A DNA stretch of 64,000 bases from Macrostomum hystrix (Eukaryota; Animalia; Platyhelminthes). Within the stretch, counting starts at the first letter, position 1. The number at the start of each line of letters is the position of its first letter. Both the position numbers and the translations under genes were made by a program. The notes under the pieces were generated by a model. It saw only the letters and a program-made list of their open reading frames with translations. It made no database searches and was not told the DNA's origin. Of this stretch, positions 58,401 through 64,000 are shown piece after piece. The stretch is from NCBI GenBank assembly GCA_950097015.1, contig CATNEN010000024.1, forward strand, positions 5,146,001 to 5,210,000. Direction: 5' to 3'.

Positions 58401-61400
58401 GATTTTGAGTATTATCGACATAGGTTGAGATTTTGAGTATTATCGACATAGGTTGAGATTTTGAGTATTATCGACATGGGTTGAGAATTTGAGTATTATC
58501 GACATGGGTTGAGATTTTGAGTATTATCGACATATTTTGAGATTTTGAGTATTATCGACATGGGTTAAGAATTTGAGTATTATCGACATGGGTTGAGATT
58601 TTGAGTATTATCGACATGGGTTAAGATTTTGAGTATTATCGACATGGGTTGAGAATTTGAGTATTATCGACATGGGTTGAGAATTTGAGTATTATCGACA
58701 TGGGTTGAGAATTTGAGTATTATCGACATATTTTGAGATTTTGAGTATTATCGACATAGGTTGAGAATTTGAGTATTATCGACATGGGTTGAGAATTTGA
58801 GTATTATCGACATGGGTTGAGAATTTGAGTATTATCGACATGGGTTGAGAATTTGAGTATTATCGACATGGGTTGAGAATTTGAGTATTATCGACATGGG
58901 TTGAGAATTTGAGTATTATCGACATGGGTTGAGAATTTGAGTATTATCGACATGGGTTGAGATTTTGAGTATTATCGACATATTTTGAGATTTTGAGTAT
59001 TATCGACATGGGTTAAGAATTTGAGTATTATCGACATGGGTTGAGATTTTGAGTATTATCGACATGGGTTAAGATTTTGAGTATTATCGACATGGGTTGA
59101 GAATTTGAGTATTATCGACATGGGTTGAGAATTTGAGTATTATCGACATGGGTTGAGAATTTGAGTATTATCGACATATTTTGAGATTTTGAGTATTATC
59201 GACATAGGTTGAGAATTTGAGTATTATCGACATGGGTTGAGAATTTGAGTATTATCGACATGGGTTGAGAATTTGAGTATTATCGACATGGGTTGAGAAT
59301 TTGAGTATTATCGACATGGGTTGAGAATTTGAGTATTATCGACATGGGTTGAGACTTTGAGTATTATCGACATGGGTTGAGATTTTGAGTATTATCGACA
59401 TAGGTTGAGATTTTGAGTATTATCGACATATTTTGAGAATTTGAGTATTATCGACATGGGTTGAGAATTTGAGTATTATCGACATGGGTTGAGAATTTGA
59501 GTATTATCGACATGGGTTGAGAATTTGAGTATTATCGACATGGGTTGAGAATTTGAGTATTATCGACATGGGTTGAGATTTTGAGTATTATCGACATAGG
59601 TTGAGATTTTGAGTATTATCGACATGGGTTAAGAATTTGAGTATTATCGACATGGGTTGAGAATTTGAGTATTATCGACATGGGTTAAGATTTTGAGTAT
59701 TATCGACATGGGTTGAGAATTTGAGTATTATCGACATGGGTTGAGAATTTGAGTATTATCGACATGGGTTGAGAATTTGAGTATTATCGACATGGGTTGA
59801 GAATTTGAGTATTATCGACATGGGTTGAGAATTTGAGTATTATCGACATGGGTTGAGAATTTGAGTATTATCGACATGGGTTGAGAATTTGAGTATTATC
59901 GACATGGGTTGAGAATTTGAGTATTATCGACATGGGTTGAGATTTTGAGTATTATCGACATGGGTTGAGATTTTGAGTATTATCGACATGGGTTGAGAAT
60001 TTGAGTATTATCGACATGGGTTGAGATTTTGAGTATTATCGACATGGGTTGAGAATTTGAGTATTATCGACATAGGTTGAGAATTTGAGTATTATCGACA
60101 TGGGTTGAGAATTTGAGTATTATCGACATGGGTTGAGATTTTGAGTATTATCGACATGGGTTGAGAATTTGAGTATTATCGACATGGGTTGAGATTTTGA
60201 GTATTATCGACATGGGTTGAGATTTTGAGTATTATCGACATAGGTTGAGAATTTGAGTATTATCGACATGGGTTGAGAATTTGAGTATTATCGACATGGG
60301 TTGAGATTTTGAGTATTATCGACATGGGTTGAGAATTTGAGTATTATCGACATGGGTTGAGAATTTGAGTATTATCGACATAGGTTGAGAATTTGAGTAT
60401 TATCGACATAGGTTAAGATTTTGAGTATTATCGACATGGGTTGAGAATTTGAGTATTATCGACATGGGTTGAGATTTTGAGTATTATCGACATGGGTTGA
60501 GATTTTGAGTATTATCGACATGGGTTGAGAATTTGAGTATTATCGACATGGGTTGAGAATTTGAGTATTATCGACATGGGTTGAGATTTTGAGTATTATC
60601 GACATGGGTTGAGAATTTGAGTATTATCGACATAGGTTGAGATTTTGAGTATTATCGACATGGGTTGAGAATTTGAGTATTATCGACATAGGTTGAGAAT
60701 TTGAGTATTATCGACATAGGTTTAGATTTTGAGTATTATCGACATGGGTTGAGAATTTGAGTATTATCGACATGGGTTAAGAATTTGAGTATTATCGACA
60801 TGGGTTAAGATTTTGAGTATTATCGACATGGGTTGAGAATTTGAGTATTATCGACATGGGTTAAGATTTTGAGTATTATCGACATGGGTTAAGATTTTGA
60901 GTATTATCGACATGGGTTGAGAATTTGAGTATTATCGACATGGGTTGAGATTTTGAGTATTATCGACATGGGTTGAGATTTTGAGTACTGTCATTGATAG
61001 ATTAGTATATATTAGTAGAATTGATTGATTAGAAATAAAATTTAGAATTTCTCATTTTGTATTTTTAACAGAACTATTTTAAACGAAGAAATAAAAATAG
61101 GTTTCTGCGCACACCCAACTCAGGCTCAACAAAGGCACTGAAGCTCGCGTTATGAAGGCCAAGGCGGGATTATTTAAACAGCGTCACAACAGCTTTAGAT
61201 TCAAGTAAGGCTTTCAAAAATAATTCTGACTTATTTTTTTCTGATGATTGCAAGTGAAAAATCAACAAAAAAATTATTATTTCCTCTCTGTACTCTCTCT
61301 CTCTCTCTCTGTAGCGGCCGCTCTCAAAAGGAATTGATAAGTTGCAGCGACTATTTTCTGAATTTGAATCACACAGCGCCAGGATTTGTACGGTGAGTCA

Positions 61401-63003
61401 GTAAGCAGCTAGTCTGCTTTGTTCTCGGTGATGGCACGGTTGAAGAATATGTATGGCATTTACTGTATATAATTGTCTGTGTTGCATGTGCATGCATATT
61501 TCGCAAATTCTGTTGTCAATACGAGCTTATCACAGTTCAGTATTTTTGTATAACCTTTGTTTTTATTAACTTTATTTACTAAACATCACTCCTATCACTT
61601 AAGAGCACCCGCTGTGATCCTAAATTGTCATTCGTTTTCCCCCGCTCTGATCCCACCTGTCTATGGGTTCGTCCGCTCTGATCCCACCTGTCTATGGGTT
61701 CGTCCGCTCTGATCCCACCTGTCTATGGGTTCGTCCGCTCTGATCCCACCTGTCTATGGGTTCGTCCGCTCTGATCCCACCTGTCTATGGGTTCGTCCGC
61801 TCTGATCCCACCTGTCTATGGGTTCGTCCGCTCTGATCCCACCTGTCTATGGCCTCGTCCGCTCTGATCCCACCTGTCTATGGCTTTACCCGCTCTGATC
61901 CCACCTGTCTATGGCTTTATCCGCTCTGATCCCACCTGTCTATGGCTTTATCCGCTCTGATCCCCACGTGCACTTAGCTTCCCATGGGTTCACCTCCGTT
62001 CCTCTCTCTAGCAGTCCGCCACCCCTCTCTCCGCCACCCCCGATAAGTTTAAATTTATTCCCCTCTGTCGCCCTCGCCTCGCCGCAGGCTGCAGCGGGCG
62101 CAAAGCTCGCGAAATTCGCCGCGCATTCGTCGCCTTCGCTCCGTTCGCTCGCCGTCGTTAAGCGATGGCAGCGACGGCGAGGGGGAGTTTTCCTCTATGA
62201 GGTAATAAATAATAAAGTTGATAGGAACGCTACAGAGCTGATAAACCCACCTGTCGTGTGACTCATCACGTGACCTAACGCTAAAATTAAAATACACGTT
62301 TTTTGTACGCGCTTGACTTAACAATAAAAAAAATTATTTATTTTCTTTATAACAGTGCTCAAACACTATTTATTATAATAACTGTTAAGCGCATAATGAT
62401 TACCAATCAATCTGTTGCATTTAACATACGCCGCAAATATTTCTACTTATAGTAGTTTAAAAGAAAAAAACAATAATGAATTGCCTGACTACATAAAAAA
62501 CTTTTCTTTATCTAAACGAGATTACATTTTCATATTTTGCAACCTTAGTTCTATTCTAAATTGCAACAATCTGAGTCAATAAAACCGCGGATTTCGAAGA
62601 TTAGCCTATATGTTTCGAAAAATATGTATTTAAACTCCTTAATTGCATTCAATATCCCTTTCAAACCAGCCACTCTCGGAGAGAGCAGGCCCGCGATGAC
62701 CAGGCCCAGGACGGCTCTCGCTACGCCACCTTTCCGCGCCGCTCGAAGCCCGACGGTTTGCCATCCGGCTCCGGCGAGGCGTCCGCTTCGACGCCACGCC
62801 GAACGCCGCTAACGGACGGTGCCACGGGCGGCGCCGACGCCAGCGTTCTGGTGCACGAGGCCGACCGGGTGTCGCGCGGCGGCGAGCTAGAGAGCGGCAT
62901 CGGCAACACCATCGCCGAGGAGGCAGAAGGCGAGGCCGAAGCCGCTGCCGAGGGAGACGAAGTCTTTAATGAAGGCTCCGGAGCTGCTGCCAAAGATAAA
63001 GAT
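49492..63003 (+). CDS. FERM + FERM-adjacent domain protein (band 4.1 superfamily, FRMD3/FRMD5-like); 3'-partial, continues beyond 63003
   Basis: Exons 49492-49611, 49687-49794, 50041-50083, 50167-50248, 50345-50445, 51076-51202, 51650-51737, 52884-52972, 53057-53123, (54494-54526 optional), 57316-57404, 61124-61204, 61315-61392, 62088-62201, 62670-63003, all phase-consistent. Motifs EEKDYFGLRY, RWLD, VTFRVKHYPP, QLKRDLLHGRL, AEFGDYD, LDTYGIDP, HLLGFKCESRAAASALW..SLEQQMFY, and FA-like FRFNGRSQKE. Confidence 0.9.
50452..51005. repeat. 36-bp tandem repeat GAGAAATCTCCCATCACAGTTGGTGGGGATGACTGT (FERM intron 5)
   Basis: About 15 units; explains the 12-aa periodic ORFs. Confidence 0.96.
51305..51570. 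repeat. 50-bp tandem repeat AAATAATCCCATTTAGACTAATCCGCTTATTCCCCAATGTTCCTATTTAC
   Basis: TTAGAC at 51311, 51361, 51411 and onward. Confidence 0.92.
52336..52825. repeat. 46-bp tandem repeat GTGTCTGTCTCACCTTCATTGTCCCAGCTCACCTCTGTTCCCTCAG (FERM intron 7)
   Basis: About 10 units at 46-bp spacing. Confidence 0.95.
53445..54250. repeat. 33-bp tandem repeat GGATTTCCCTGTAGAATTTCAGTGGATTTCCTC
   Basis: About 24 degenerate units. Confidence 0.93.
55660..56235. repeat. Pyrimidine-only degenerate repeat (CCTCCCCTCCCTCCTTTGTTCTCACTTC-like)
   Basis: Direct reading. Confidence 0.9.
56890..57145. repeat. About 15-bp C-rich repeat (CCAATTCTGCCCCAA / CCTACCCTTCTGCCCC)
   Basis: Direct reading. Confidence 0.88.
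57555..60985. repeat. 28-bp satellite TTGAGTATTATCGACATGGGTTGAGAAT, about 120 units (FERM intron)
   Basis: 28-bp spacing; variant blocks recur at 280 bp. Confidence 0.97.
61640..61968. repeat. 31-bp tandem repeat CGCTCTGATCCCACCTGTCTATGGGTTCGTC
   Basis: About 10 units. Confidence 0.95.
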
Positions 63004-63054
63004 GTGAGGATCAATTTTAAATCCCTATTTAAGCCCTGCGGTCACGGATGCTCA

Positions 63055-63365
63055 ACGGGGATTGTAACTTAGTGGTTACTGCGTCGGACTCACCACTGAA
63101 AGGTCCGGGGTTCGATTCCCAACTCTACTGGAACAATCTGTAACCTTTAGTTAAACACTTAACTCTGCATTGCTTCACTTCACCCGGCTGTTAAATGGGT
63201 TACAAGCATTTGCTGGGGAAATTCAGCGTGGGTGTGGCGTCCCCCCAGTCCATGGACTGAACAGCAATGAGCAGCCTTTAGAAGCACCTCGCAACAGCTG
63301 CGGCTGTGTCTCGGCTGCACATCTGGCCCTATTGTTGCAGGTGTAATCAATTTTTTTAATTATTA
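63055..63365 (+). mobile_element. tRNA-headed SINE family A
   Basis: GATTGTAACTTAGTGGTT...GGGGTTCGATTCCC head; CGGCTGTTAAATGGGTTAC; CCAGTCCATGGACTGAAC; GGCTGCACATCTGG; GGTGTAATC plus an AT tail. Confidence 0.82.
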
Positions 63366-63411
63366 ATATTAGCCATATAGTTTATCCTTTCATCTCGGAT
63401 CCTTAGGGAGA

Positions 63412-64000
63412 TTTCAGTTCGACTCATCGCATTCTCAGTTTGGGATTTCAGCTTGACTCATCGCATTCTCAGTTTGGGATTTCAGCTTGACTCATCGCAT
63501 TCTCAGTTTGGGATTTCAGCTTGACTCATCGCATTCTCAGTTTGGGATTTCAGCTTGACTCATCGCATTCTCAGTTTGGGATTTCAGTTCGACTCATCGC
63601 ATTCTCAGTTTGGGATTTCAGCTTGACTCATCGCATTCTCAGTTTGGGATTTCAGTTTGACTCATCGCATTCTCAGTTTGGGATTTCAGCTTGACTCATC
63701 GCATTCTCAGTTTGGGATTTCAGCTTGACTCATCGCATTCTCAGTTTGGGATTTCAGCTTGACTCATCGCATTCTCAGTTTGGGATTTCAGTTTGACTCA
63801 TCGCATTCTCAGTTTGGGATTTCAGCTTGACTCATCGCATTCTCAGTTTGGGATTTCAGCTTGACTCATCGCATTCTCAGTTTGGGATTTCAGCTTGACT
63901 CATCGCATTCTCAGTTTGGGATTTCAGCTTGACTCATCGCATTCTCAGTTTGGGATTTCAGCTTGACTCATCGCATTCTCAGTTTGGGATTTCAGCTTGA
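63412..64000. repeat. 34-bp tandem repeat GACTCATCGCATTCTCAGTTTGGGATTTCAGCTT (runs off window)
   Basis: About 17 near-identical units. Confidence 0.97.

Overview
Eukaryotic (animal) genomic DNA, not prokaryotic: GC-rich exons, GT-AG introns, and roughly one third of the window (about 21 kb by my tally) in tandem repeats. The two-domain small HSP, exon style and intron-filling satellites suggest a flatworm such as Macrostomum (inference). I can support seven genes. (1) An intronless minus-strand chromodomain + ankyrin protein (MPP8/HUSH-like, 1799 to <1), absent from the ORF track because it runs off the window. (2) A 13-exon AMPA/kainate-type ionotropic glutamate receptor (5542-19030, about 906 aa). 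(3) A CD225/dispanin membrane protein. (4) A two-alpha-crystallin-domain sHSP with TATA box and heat-shock elements. (5) An 8-exon UPF1 (about 1156 aa). (6) An intronless divergent SLC15/POT-like transporter. (7) A multi-exon FERM-FA (FRMD3/5-like) gene that continues past the window end. Mobile DNA comprises a MULE deletion derivative with TIRs and an 8-bp TSD, two tRNA-headed SINE families and a MITE family. Among the SINEs, one is nested in another, one inverted pair brackets the Q/R-site exon, and one intact copy sits in a 52-bp satellite with a tail that matches its target. All very long ORFs in the ORF track over repeats are artefacts. Exon coordinates were derived by hand from splice motifs and frame continuity, not from transcripts.
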